Part shown: piece by piece, positions 15,820 through 29,078 of the stretch | Layout of the letters: each line of letters starts with the position of its first letter | Numbering within the stretch: the stretch's first letter is position 1 | NCBI GenBank assembly: GCA_951406725.2 | Contig: OX597820.1 | Span: forward strand, 49,724,001-49,788,000 | Source of the DNA: Octopus vulgaris | Lineage: Eukaryota | DNA: 64,000 nt | Direction of reading: 5' to 3' | Program-made: the position numbers and the translations under genes | The notes under the pieces: generated by a model | Told to the model about the DNA's origin: nothing | Databases searched by the model: none | The model's input: only the letters and a program-made list of their open reading frames with translations

Positions 15820-15970
15820 AGCACTCGCATACACATATACGTGTACCGTGTATACTGGAAGATAAGGGGGAAGTTGGTTGAGATAAGGAGACAAAAAAGA
15901 AATATAAAAGAGGCTGTCTTCCTATATTCTTTTTCGTTTTCCTTCTCTTATTTTCCATGTTTGTTTCGAT

Positions 15971-16025
<55 letters not shown>

Positions 16026-16084
16026 TACCACTACCACTACCACTACTGCTGCTATTATTATTATTATCATTCCTATTGTCGTTG

Positions 16085-16158
<74 letters not shown>

Positions 16159-16544
16159 TTACTGTTGTTGTTTATAAAGTATGTGTCACGCGATTTCTGG
16201 GTGCCATATTCAATGTCGTTGTGTAGATATCAATGGAGTTGAAGGCGTTTGGGGTCAGAAGTTGTAACGAACTCGTGTCACACTTGTATAGCGAGTCCTG
16301 TGTATGTCTCTATAAAGAGAAAAGAAACTTTCCTTTCATTTTCGAGCGCTTTAGTTCATGCTATAAACATTTCCAAAAAGGACATCATGTTATATATAAA
16401 TAATAAAAAAAATAGATATCCATCTATATGCATAGAAAACCACGAAATGTGCAGTCAATGTGAATATATATAGAGGCATACATACACACATGCGTATATA
16501 CATAATACCATAATACATACATACATATATATTTATATATATGC

Positions 16545-16616
<72 letters not shown>

Positions 16617-16635
16617 ACATATATATATGTGTGTG

Positions 16636-16668
<33 letters not shown>

Positions 16669-16697
16669 GTGTATGTATATGTGCATATGTGTGTATG

Positions 16698-16741
<44 letters not shown>

Positions 16742-17073
16742 CATACATACAGACATACATACATATATATCTACACACACACGCTGGCGTGAACTATGCA
16801 TGCACAATAAGTGAGGGAATGCACGTTAATGCTTACAAACACGAGAAAAACTACTGCAAAGCATAGAGTGATATAATATTTAATAGAAGCTGAACTTCCC
16901 TAATACGGCTCCCAATTTCATCTTTTCAATCGTTAAGTAGTGGTGATTCAAGAGAGAATATTCTTTACTTAATCATGTGACTTTAGCGCTGTTGGTAAAC
17001 CAGAAAATATTTTAAAGCGAATATGTAGTTTGTAGTACTTGTAGAGAATTCATAAAATTAGCTTAGGTAAAAC

Positions 17074-17296
17074 CAGGGTCGGATTAAAACCCATAGATGC
17101 CCTAAGCACTTAAAAGGTTTTGGTGTCCTCAAGTATGTGTAAATAGTTCAAAATGCGAACAAAAATAATTCAAAATGTAAACGATAATAAATCATGAAAT
17201 AAATATTCATTTTTCGAAAGGAAAGGAAATTTATAATAAGATGGAAAATAACGTTTATTTTTGTATACTTCTACTTTATTTATATTTGAAAGTCTT

Positions 17297-17383
<87 letters not shown>

Positions 17384-17580
17384 AAATTGTTCTATGATAT
17401 CATTAAAATTAATTTTACGTGAAACTGCTTCTATACTTAGTAGAGATAAAGCATTACGAATAGTATTTTAGCAAGTTTATAGTGATTTCTTTCGTGCCGT
17501 AAACCATTTTCATTTCTATGGTGCTCCCGTCCTTTGAAGTCCTAAGTACGTGCTTATTTTGCTTAATGAGTTAATACGAT
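17074..17580. mobile_element. Degenerate non-autonomous DNA transposon (possibly hAT-like)
   Basis: Starts CAGGGTCGGATTAA..GCCCTAAGCAC. Ends with CCTAAGTACGTGCTTATTTTGCTTAATGAGTTAATACG, a weak inverted match. Confidence 0.3.
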
Positions 17581-18550
17581 TATGTTAAGTAACTTTGATT
17601 GCTAAATATTATTTAGGAACAACAGAAAGACAATGAAGTAAAGACAAAAGGGAAGTGGAGAATGAAAAACAAACTGAACGAAAGATATGGACGGGGAACG
17701 GTCGAAGTGCATGGAAAAGTTGTTTCAAATAATTAAAAGTATCGAGAGATTTTTATAAATCCCAAAATAATTATGATGTATGTGATATTAGAAAATAAAA
17801 TGAGAGCGACTGGGGTTAGATAAAGTGCGTTTGGATAAAAGATTTATTGTATTAAATATTGTTTTAAATAGAAATTGATAGAAATTAATAGAGTTTTATT
17901 TTCAAAATGGAGAAAACAGAAAGTGAACAATATAATAAAAGGAAATAAAATAGGAAAGAAAGGATATAAAGTTTGCAGAGGTTGAATAGTTTAGGTACAG
18001 AAAAATGAAAGTTAATTGTAAAGTGCTAAACGTTATGATATTAATCTATTGTAGAAAAACAATAAAAGAATAATTCGTACATGACAACCGGTGGGATATC
18101 ATCGTATTTTATCATATAAAAACATATAATTAATTAACGGTGCGGGGTTTTCAATGTTTCAATGCATGTGATACTTTGTGCCTACAAAATAAATTTTTTT
18201 AAAAAACAAAAGGTTTTATAAGTGTAAAACTATAATAAGAATGCGTGTTTCTTAGAGATGCATTAATTTCAAAATTTGGAGATTTGGTTATAACGAGTTG
18301 CTTGCTTCAAATGTTCTATCTGATACTAAAATCGATGTGGCTATATTTTAAGAATCAAATACAATTCGATAAAGTAGTGCATGTGGGTGGGGGTTCTTGC
18401 TGGATTCCTACTTAGCTATCATCCTACATATCTACACATATACATAGCCATGCGCGTTCACACACACACACACACACACCCATATAAATACACACACACA
18501 TACATATGTATATGTGTACGTATGTGTGAAAGCATTTGTTTGTTAGTTCG

Positions 18551-19002
18551 TGTTGTAAACATTGGGATTTACAAATTTATGAAGATCTTTAATCAAAGAA
18601 ATTCTGAATACCTTTTATATACAAACTTTTTATATTTTTCATCTAAGTGCATACAGTACAGGAGAGTCCGCTGTTTCGGAAATCTCTTAAGATTCCTGAA
18701 TGAGGCACTGATTGTGAACTAATAGAGAAACTCCATAATTGGGTAAATACTCGAATTATATGTGTTTGGAGGTGTGCTTTCGCGTTTTAACTTAGTTCAT
18801 ATTGTCATACTTGTGTCGGATCGATATAACACACACTTCGGTATAGCAGTATAGTTCTTAGACCAGTAAAGACACGACTGTCTAAGAACGTCTACTTTGC
18901 ATTCTCTCCTGACATTGACCGACACCACTTTATTTATAGCAACTAAGTCATACCACTCGTCGCGTGGGTGTGATGTACCATTATTACTATATCCCCACAA
19001 CA
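18551..19002 (-). mobile_element. 3' LTR of an LTR retrotransposon with adjacent polypurine tract
   Basis: Bounded by the perfect inverted hexamers TGTTGT/ACAACA. The minus-strand PPT AAAAGGGGAGA (19003-19013) abuts the TG. TATAAATA on the minus strand near 18932-18939. Confidence 0.65.
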
Positions 19003-20491
19003 TCTCCCCTTTTAAGCTTTTCTTATTTTCTTAGGGAGTATTATTTTATTTCTTTTCATAGCAATACTTTTTATACCACTTCATCTCCCCTTTCTGAGAT
19101 TTTTTCTTCTTAGTTACACATTTAATATTTTTTCCCGTTTAGCATCCACTTCCAGGAACTCCGTACATTTACTTTTCTTGACACTGAGTCGTGTCAGTAC
19201 TTGAAAAGTATCATATAAGCGTTCCATTGGTTCTTCCATTCTCTTGGGTTTGCTCTCAAGGAATCTTTTTTTACTGTTGTTTCATGTGTCTCTGGCATAT
19301 GCCTTTTCTAATATGCACTCATAAATACCTTTTCACCAATTTTTAAGAATCTTGCTGTATTTTCCCTTGCAATTTTTCTTTTTCTTGCTCGATAGCAATT
19401 TATCGAAGACTTATTTTCTTTTCCTCGCAAACATCAGCTTAAGTCAATGAGAAAAGAACAGCAAAATTTTGTTTCGGGTTTAATCTAGAGCACGGATGAT
19501 TTTCTCTTAAGATAAACAGATTGCAAATAATCATTTCAGAGCAGCTGTTGATATTTTACCAATTTGACCGCAAGCATCACCAAAGTCACCACCATCACCA
19601 ATAACTACAACAACGTCGACGACAGCCACCGACACCACCACCATGATACGAAGGCGAATAATTAGAAGTAGTCTAATTATGACCTTCATTGTTTTTTTTA
19701 TCGTAGAATCTAAGAAAACTTTATAGAAAACTCTGTCCTGTTATGTTCCGTTTGTAAATGCTACTGTAAGTTTTCTTATTATGAAGCTATGAAAGCAAAG
19801 CACGGTAATATAGAGACCTTTCCAAGTTCTTTCACTTAGAACTTTCCATCATCTCACAAAGACCTCTTGAAGAACATTTTTTTTTATATATGACGACTTA
19901 CCATCATATTAACATTTCTTGCTGGTCAATTTCAAATCGCTTTTCCGTCCTGACTACCTGATATCTGACGAAAACGACTGATACATCCAACCTAGTCGAC
20001 AACCACGGGATTAACTCCAGAATTCAAAGCAGAAAAGGTTCTTCATACATGCCGAAAGAAGAAAACGAAGAAGCACCATAAACAACACACCTGTGCAAAG
20101 GAACGATCATCTGACCGAATCACGCAAAGAATTAAAAAAGCGCGCAACGTCTCTACATATTCAGACCAGTATTCCATTTCCATTATTTTAGATTTATCAA
20201 CATGTATATGCAATCAACAAGCCAACAAGAAGCTTTTTGGGATATGAAATAATCAGTTAACAACAAATAATTTTTGAGCACAATACAAATTTCGTTGTAC
20301 TCATATATCGAGCACTTTCGTTCTGTAAACAGATGCACACACACATAGGCGCGCACGCACACACACATATAGACGTGTATATGCGTATGTACGTATTGTG
20401 TGTGTGTGTGTATTTATTCATTTATTTATCTGTTTATATTGAGAAGGGATCCGGGAATTCAGCTGGATTATGCCTGTATATGTGTATGAAA

Positions 20492-20554
<63 letters not shown>

Positions 20555-20767
20555 GTATGTATGTATGTATGTATGTATGTATGTATGTATGTACATATAT
20601 CTTGCATATACGGAAGATGCGGTCACATATTGTAGTGGATGAAAAATTATTGTGAGCTAAAGAAACATACAAAAATAATTAGTAATTTTATATGCCACAT
20701 TGTTTGGCATACAGTACCTATATCATATAACCGAATAATACATCATTGTGTGCGTGTGTGTCTGTGT

Positions 20768-20824
<57 letters not shown>

Positions 20825-22329
20825 TGTGTGTGTTTGTGTGTGTAAATAATATATACATATATATATAATATGTGCATACCTACATACATACATATACATA
20901 TATATATATGAATATATATCTATATGAATATATATATCCTTGGGTATCTTTTTTCATCAACAAATTTATATATTTGATTATGTGCATTGACGCATTAATA
21001 TATTTCTGTGTAATTTGAGAATATAGAATACACAATATCTTCCCTCTGGAAAATTGATTTGTGTCAATTTCTGACCGACAGGAAGACGTTAGAATGCCAA
21101 AGGGTTATGATATTTATCTAAAACTCTTATGAATTTCGTTTGTGTAGAAATATATCACTTCGCAATTCTTGACAAGATCGGGTTACTCATTATTAAAGTT
21201 ATTGTTCATTTATTTTTGTCCGTTTTCTGCTGGAGTTTCATCATACCGGAATCTTAATCCTCCCAGGATTCAACATCTGTTAAATTGCAGTATTAAATCA
21301 ACAACACATTTCTGGCAGTTAATTGCTCGTTTTCCCAACTATTTGTTAATTCGTTCTGTTGCTATGTTGTGAAACGTTCAGTTCGGTTGAATAGTTACGG
21401 CAGAGATTGATATATAATACGGTGGTATAACCCGTGACCTAAGAAATAACCACCTGGCAGTGGATATCTGTGATAATAAGCTTATCGTTGCAGTAGATTG
21501 TTGATCTGCACACACATACACACACCCACACACACACATACACACACGCCTACACACAAATAAGTAAACAACAATAATCACATCTAAGAACCAAGAAGAG
21601 CTTCAAATAACAATAAAGCACTCTATGGCGGTTGGTGGACTCTGCCCTGTTGTTTGGTATTAATGTGAATTCCCCATGTCACGCAAGTCGATCACAGCAT
21701 TATAGAAGCTAACGGTAAGCATACTATAAATACTGAGGTATTTGGAAACGACAATTTGAGAAGTGTCTTGGCCATGGAATCGGCACTATAATGTCTCCAA
21801 TGGTTTTATTTGTATCCAGATTCACCAAAAGAGAAGGAATCCCTCACTTCTTGTTTTGCAGCTTTTGGCAAGCCCTCTAAGAGGGACTGGAGAAAATCGA
21901 GATATACTAAGACTTACTTGACAATATATAAAAGAGATGTTTGACAAAAATAAGACACCACCTGCAAAATGGCCAGCAGCTTATTCTTTATCCTGTTTAA
22001 CCCCGCCACAAACCATGTGCACTAACCCAAAAGCAGACCGACCTGCTGATACCTATCTGAGTACCTGAGATCGTCAACAGTACTAATAACATATCTATTT
22101 GCATCAGAAGTAGTATTTATACCGAGAATTAATATTTTGACGGGGATGTTCTGTTAGAAGAAAATATATCATGAGAGAAACAACTAGTTAGAATCAACAG
22201 TTAAAGAATTTTCTGTGTGTGAATTTGTTTGAAGTGATTAGAGTGTTGCACAGTACTTTAACACACACTTCAGCACAAAGAAGCTATGTAACTAGTGGCT
22301 CAACGGAAGTTGAAACAGCCAGAAAAAAT

Positions 22330-23410
22330 TACACTTCATGTTTTTAAACGAGTTTACCCACCCTTAGAAGGCACTTGTGATGGAAGCTTGGTAATGACAG
22401 CCTTTGAGAAAGAGGGAAAAACCTCCTCGTCGAAGCAAAGCTAAAACTTTGAGATAGGGACCGCCGGACTCTTACGCGAATTGTTAGAAAGGATCACAAA
22501 AATACAGCTTCCAAAATTACTGAAGAGCTTAATGATCATCTCGAGAACCCAGTTTCCACAAAAACTGTTCGCTGGAAGCTGCACAAAGCCGGATTTCACG
22601 GGAGGCTTGCAATCAGAAAACCACTACATTCAAAAACAAACGTTGCAGAGTGTTTAGAATGATCCCTAGAATTGTTCCCTAGAGCAGTGTAAAAATGTTA
22701 TTAAAGTCATCCGTTACCTTATTTCTATATTTGAAAATATATCCCACTACATCTACGCATTCGATATAGAAAATGTTATTAAAGTCATTCTTTACCTTAT
22801 TTTCGACCACCGGCCGAGTATACGCGTGGAGACAACCAAAAGAAGCATTTGACTCCGACTGCTTTCTTCCAACTATTAAACATAGAGGAGGATCTGTGAT
22901 AATCTGGTTGGCTATATCTTGGAAATTCGCCGGCCCAGTGGTTTCCTTTCATGACAGAATTTATAGTCAAGACTATTTAAGCATTTTATCTGATCAAATT
23001 CATCCTATGGTTGCGGAACTGTTTCTGGTGGGAAACGCAATCCTTCAGAATGATAATGCACCAATTTACACAGCTAAAGTTGTTACCGAATGGCACGAGG
23101 AACATTCTAGTGAAGTTGAACATCTTATGTGCCCATCACAGTCCTCAGATCTCAATATTATTGAACATTTATGGTGCATTTTAGAAAAACAAGTAAGGAA
23201 TCGATATCGTCGACCATCATCACTACAAGGACTGGGGACTGTTTTAGCTGAAGAATAGACAAAAATTCCTTTGGAAACAATTCAAACTTTGCACGATTCC
23301 AAATCTCGTAGAATTCAAGCTGTTATTACTACCAGAATCGGTCATATCCCCATATTAAAATAAATTTGTTTGAAATTTTAAGGTGTTTCCATTGTCTTGT
23401 CTAACCCCTG
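22330..23410 (+). mobile_element. Tc1-family transposon remnant
   Basis: ORF 22773-23258 shows PTIKHRGGSVIIW, LQNDNAPIYTAK and CPSQSSDLNIIEHLW (DD34E-type domain). Upstream HTH-region remnants are present and the right end reads ..TCTAACCCCTG|TA. Confidence 0.85.
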
Positions 23411-23421
23411 TATACATATAT

Positions 23422-23490
<69 letters not shown>

Positions 23491-23761
23491 GATATTGCAA
23501 CACAAATGTATTTGCCAGTATAAATACAGTGAAGCTTTACTATAGCGTCGTAAATTTATCGATTGCTATTTCCAGTAAACATTGGTGCACGACTTCTACA
23601 TTTATACTTCTACCTTTACGGTGCTTTATTTGATTGGAAAGTAATACATATGTATTGCAATTTTTAATTTTTCATTGCAAACTTTTTCACTATTCTGTTA
23701 ATGGCTAGGCGTTCAGGCGAATATACTGCCATAGACGTAGCAACATTTGGAATTTTGTCCA

Positions 23762-23843
23762 GGTAAATCTAGCTGAAGAAGACCAATAAAATTTACGACA
23801 ATATACGTATTTGAAGAGTCCGAAACCTAGGTACTACATTACC
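23762..23843 (+). ncRNA. Type I hammerhead ribozyme motif
   Basis: GGTAA..TAG-CTGAAGA(23773)-A-GAC...GTC-C-GAA-ACCTAGGT-A|CTA..TTACC. Palindromic stem III, GUA site after 23833, stem I with an internal loop. Confidence 0.7.
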
Positions 23844-23991
23844 CGATTCTGGGTTGTTCATTTATCTAATGTTCTTTCTACAGGCATGACGAAATTTTTT
23901 TATGTTCACTTCCCTAACACGTCTTTGCTATAGCGTAGTAAATTCATCGACGGTTATTTCCAGCAAATATTGGTGCCTTGTTGTACCACTA

Positions 23992-24055
<64 letters not shown>

Positions 24056-24764
24056 CGTATGGTTTAAGCAAAGCCATTATACATCCTGTTCATCGAAATG
24101 AATGATCTAATGAAGAAGCTTAATTGTGGACGCTCGAACTGCTGGAAATAACATTCATCTGTTCTTCGAATAACATCATAGCAATTTCTAAAATGCAAAA
24201 AAATATTCCATATTATAGCGCTGCATACACTATATCTGGAATTACAGTTGGAATTCCTCTGAAGTTTGATATGATTGATCAGAATTGACCTGTAGTTAAA
24301 GAACTGCAGCAATAGCAAGCTGGGGTTTTCGCCAATATCGCTATAATAGCTTGGCAGGGAAGGTTGAATGTTTTTTTAAAATTTCTTTTACTACTAAAAG
24401 TGTACCAAACTTACAAAGTGAAAAATATCCTCGTGGAAAGACCAGGATTTACCTGTTGAAGAAATCGTCTTGTTCTGCTAGAATTTAGCTATAGACATCG
24501 AAACAGTGTCGAACTTAAATAAATTCCGAATCATAATCTTCTCTGAGTCATATACCTATCCAAACGATGCTCTATATACCTGTTTTACCTTCAAAGTACA
24601 TGTCCGTCCATATATTCATCTCTCTTTCTCTCACTCTATCTCTTTCAATATGTATGTATTTGTGCGTATGCATCTATGTATGTATATGTGTATCTATGTA
24701 TCATGCATGCATGTATGTATGTATGTATACGTGCATGCATACATGTAAGTATGTATGTATATAA

Positions 24765-24823
<59 letters not shown>

Positions 24824-25003
24824 CATACATATATATATTATATATATTTAATTTTATTTGTTAGGGAATAAAAATTCCGGCATAACAGGGGTTCAAATTA
24901 TTCTCAATGGGGAAATATATATGTTCATTTAGAGATAATAGGTCCCTTCATCCCACCATATAAAAGAATTTTAAATTAAATGAAGGGGTCTACTATCTCT
25001 AAA

Positions 25004-25090
<87 letters not shown>

Positions 25091-25689
25091 GTACATACGT
25101 TTAATATTTCTCTCCTCTCTCGCTTACTTTGTATATATGAGTAGATGTGTATACACACACACACATACATACAAATACACACAAATCTCTAAAACTGAAT
25201 TACATTTACAGCGCAACACTCTACTAAAAGGTGGAACGTATGATTTCATTTGAATAACCGTGGATATATAACCATTGATATCAGATGTAAAGTAGTTAAT
25301 ACTACTGTGCAAATTACTTTGGTATTTATATTTTCCCACAGTTTTTGCTTTGTTCTGTTTCAACTATTGTTTCTTTGAATCCCACTATATTGTTTCATCC
25401 CCATCTAACACGACCACAAGCTGTGATTTATATAATGAACCTCGATGTGATATCTTCTGATGCCATTGTGTAAAGTTTTTAGAAGTTTCTTCCACGTCCT
25501 TGTATGGTGGGTGGACCAAAAGTATTAAAACTAAACAGTTTTATAATAATATATTAGCACTCACGAAAGGCCTTTTTTATATTTGTTTCGAGGTGGGTGC
25601 TCGGATATTTTTCATTATATAATTACATATGTATTTGTGAATACGTTTCTGAATCATAAATGGAAAATGACCTAACGTCATGTTACGAG

Positions 25690-26050
25690 ACATGCACTAA
25701 ACTTTTAACTTTCTAATTTCTATTTCAGACGTATCGAGATTAATAGCATGTCTGATTTCATCCTGATACAGGAAATAACAAGATACACCCTGCTCGTGAT
25801 TCTAGATCCTAACAGTCACGATTCAGAGACAGTCAGCTTCGTAAAGGTGACCAAGTTCATTGTGCGCAGGATCGGGAAAATTTTGGAGGCTTCTGATGAG
25901 ACCATCATCCATGGTCAAGCCATAAATATTCGAAAAGGTGAGACATTGTCCTCAAAAACCAAGTAGTTTAAGACGTTAAAAACTTTTAACTCACGTGAAA
26001 CAAGCCATATGTATGCCATATGTGATGAGATTATAATTAATGGCCTCCGA
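25690..26050 (+). mobile_element. Possible degenerate Tc1/mariner-like fragment
   Basis: ORF 25748-25966 resembles an N-terminal HTH region. The evidence is weak. Confidence 0.3.
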
Positions 26051-28328
26051 CATCTTGTTGCTTTATATTTTTTCTAGTTGGAATTTTCTGGTCTGTTGTA
26101 TCTAGACTGTCGTTTAGTGGGAGTGGGGACATTTTTATGGATCCATGGTGACAAGGACACATTAGTGGGTGTGAACAATGGTGAAATTGGTCATATGCTA
26201 ATGATTTTCTATTCCTGGCATTTAGGCACTGCCAGGCCAAATCCTAGCCGGTATTGGGGCTGTGTATGTTTTTGTATAGTACATTTCTTTATTGTACTGT
26301 ACAAAATTTCCTTTAAGTTTCCAAAGGTAACATGACAGAGTAGTAGCGTTTCGTCGCATGGGATTACGCAATGTTTCTAGATGCTGGTCATATATCTTGA
26401 AGTTGTTAGCTGTGACTCCTAGGTAGGTTTTTCGTGTGTTGTAGGTGATAATCTTATATTAGTATACAATATTACGTTCAAGTCATTCAAAGTCAAGAAG
26501 ATGCAGTTCAGGATTAGTATGATTGCACTTTTATAGATCTCAGTTATCTCAGTTATTCGTTACCTTAGTTTGCTCTTCTGGATGTTACATATGAATGGCT
26601 TATTGTTAAAAGGTAGTTTCTGTGGTATTGCCGTCAATTTCATTTTTATTACTGTTGTTTTTGGTCCTAGGCAAGGAACCGCTAGTACTATGAGTATTAC
26701 AGTTATGACATAAATTAAGATTACCGTTATTGGTACTTCTTCTTATCTATTGATATGTTATTCAGCGGTCCCTTTATTGTTACAGGTTGTAAATATTCTA
26801 GCATATTTTGACTGTCTGACAATGTTATAACTTCTATGTACGAAGGCGGCGAGCAAGCAGAATCGTTGCTTAGCGTCATTTCTCCAAACTCTTTCCGTTC
26901 TGAATTCAAATACCACCGTGATCAAATTTACCTTTAATTCTTTCGAGATCAATAAAGTAAGTACCAGTCAAATACTAGCGTCAATGTATTTAATTAAACC
27001 CATCAACCTAAAATTTAAAAAAATATTAAAAATGCCGAAATTTTAAACAATTATTAATCCTATGTTATCACTTATCCCCACTCCTGTCCTATTCTTTTAT
27101 AATCCGTCCTCGATACAGGTACTGTTTATTTGTATGATCACTTAAGTCCTCTTATATCTGTTTAGATATTCATTGTTTGTTTTCTGTTTGTTTAGTATTC
27201 TTTACATTCCACTTTCTCTTACGTGCATTAAATGACTGCTCTAATAATTCCACATTCCTCTCCGTTTATCTCCGTCTAAAATATTACTAGATTACAACTC
27301 TTGCTGCCTTTGTTTGCGTATGCTGTTGCTACGACTTCCAGCTTATCGAACTATCTTGTATATGAGCGTGGCAATAGGTTACAACTATTTCAGTGAATAT
27401 TTTCATAATAGCGTCTAAGAGTATGTCCAGAAGGAAAATCAAATTTAATAACATACATACCCAAATCGGACGTTTCTGACCCATGTGTTAATAAAATACT
27501 ACTGGGTATTATTATGTAGGTTCTAGATCGTTGAGCGAGAGGCGTATTACCGACAATTAATAGGAGCTACGTAATTGATTTTGAAAAAATACAGAAGAAT
27601 TGTATGAAAGAATAAGTGTTCGTTGCTAACACATTTCCATATTTCCCTTTTAATTACGCGCACACACACACAAACACAAACACACACACGCACACACATA
27701 CACACGCACATACATACACACGCGCGAACACGACACAATACATAGCAGGAATGATATTGTAATTAAAATAGCCATTTATGTATTTCACACTTAACATAAA
27801 TACATCTTGCTAAGCAAATTTTGCTTCGGTATTCGTTCGGAGACAGAATCCCCGATGAGTGCATATGCATGCACGCGTGTATGTATGTATGCATGCATGT
27901 ATGGGTTCTAGGTAATTTGACTTCTAATACTTTCAGTCTCGGCATTGTACCTCCGGTAATATGATCACCGATAATTTGACTGCCAGACAATTTTAACTCC
28001 TAATATATTAAAAAAATATATAGAATAAATAAAATAAAACTTTGGAAATTATTGCTATTGTTGTTCTTTATTTTTAACCTACATGTCTGTTACAATCACT
28101 CGCTGAGAAACACCCAGCGTCCTAGAGCGAATGAAGGATAAGAGATGTTACAGCATGACTGGAAACTAGGGGAGTTCCAACGTGGAAATAATATTATTAT
28201 AATTATTGAGTGAGAGAGCAGTGCATGCCATCAAAGTGACATTGGGATAAAATATACGAAGCCCAGTATACCTATCATGACTACCCATTATTATTATTAT
28301 TAATATTATTATTATTATTATTATTAAA

Positions 28329-28539
28329 AAGGCAGTGTCGTTAACACTGGACGGAATGCTTAGCGGTATTTCGCCCGTCGCTTCGTTCTGAGTACAAATT
28401 ACACTGAGGTCGACTTTGCCTTTCATCCTTTCGAGGTCAATAAATTAAGTACCAGTGAAACACTGAGGTCGATGTATTCGATGTAATCGACTATCCCACT
28501 CCCTACAAATTCCAGGCCTTGTGCCTATAGTAGAAAGGA
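28329..28539 (+). mobile_element. SINE family B copy
   Basis: Shares GAGGTCGACTTTGCCTTTCATCCTTTCG..AAATTAAGTACCAG with other copies and has an (ATT)n tail. Confidence 0.8.
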
Positions 28540-28550
28540 TTATTATTATT

Positions 28551-29078
28551 ATTGAGTGAGAGAGCAGTGCATGCCATCAAAGTGACACTGGGGTAAAATA
28601 TACGAAGCCCAGTATACCCATCATGACTACCCGCCTGATAAGGGTACACCAGGCACATGCACCACAACCATATGTGCGCGACATGCTGATCTCACATCAA
28701 GATAAACAGCATATGACCTTGCAGGTGGGGCCCAATTAGAAATTTCTTCTGGTCGATTAGCCCATCCCACTCAAAAGATCCCTGAATAAGGATTGTTTAA
28801 GGATGTTGAACGAACCACCCATGTTTCCAAAGGTAAATTATCCAAAATTCCAAGAATTCCTTTCAACACACGGCTATGATGCTTCCCTACTACTTCTGCT
28901 CATGATCAGAGATGCCCATATCGTCTGCCACTAAGGGACATGGTCAACCAGTTAAGGTCGTAGAATATTTGCTGTTGCCCATCTTTTATACCAAGACAAA
29001 ACAATGTACATGATAACCCTTACAATCAGTTAAGATTAGAAGCCACGAGAGCCACTGTCTGGTACTGCATCAGGGCAT
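28551..29078 (-). mobile_element. Second full copy of the ~540-bp (AAT)n-tailed element
   Basis: Reverse complement of 1341-1883. Confidence 0.78.
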
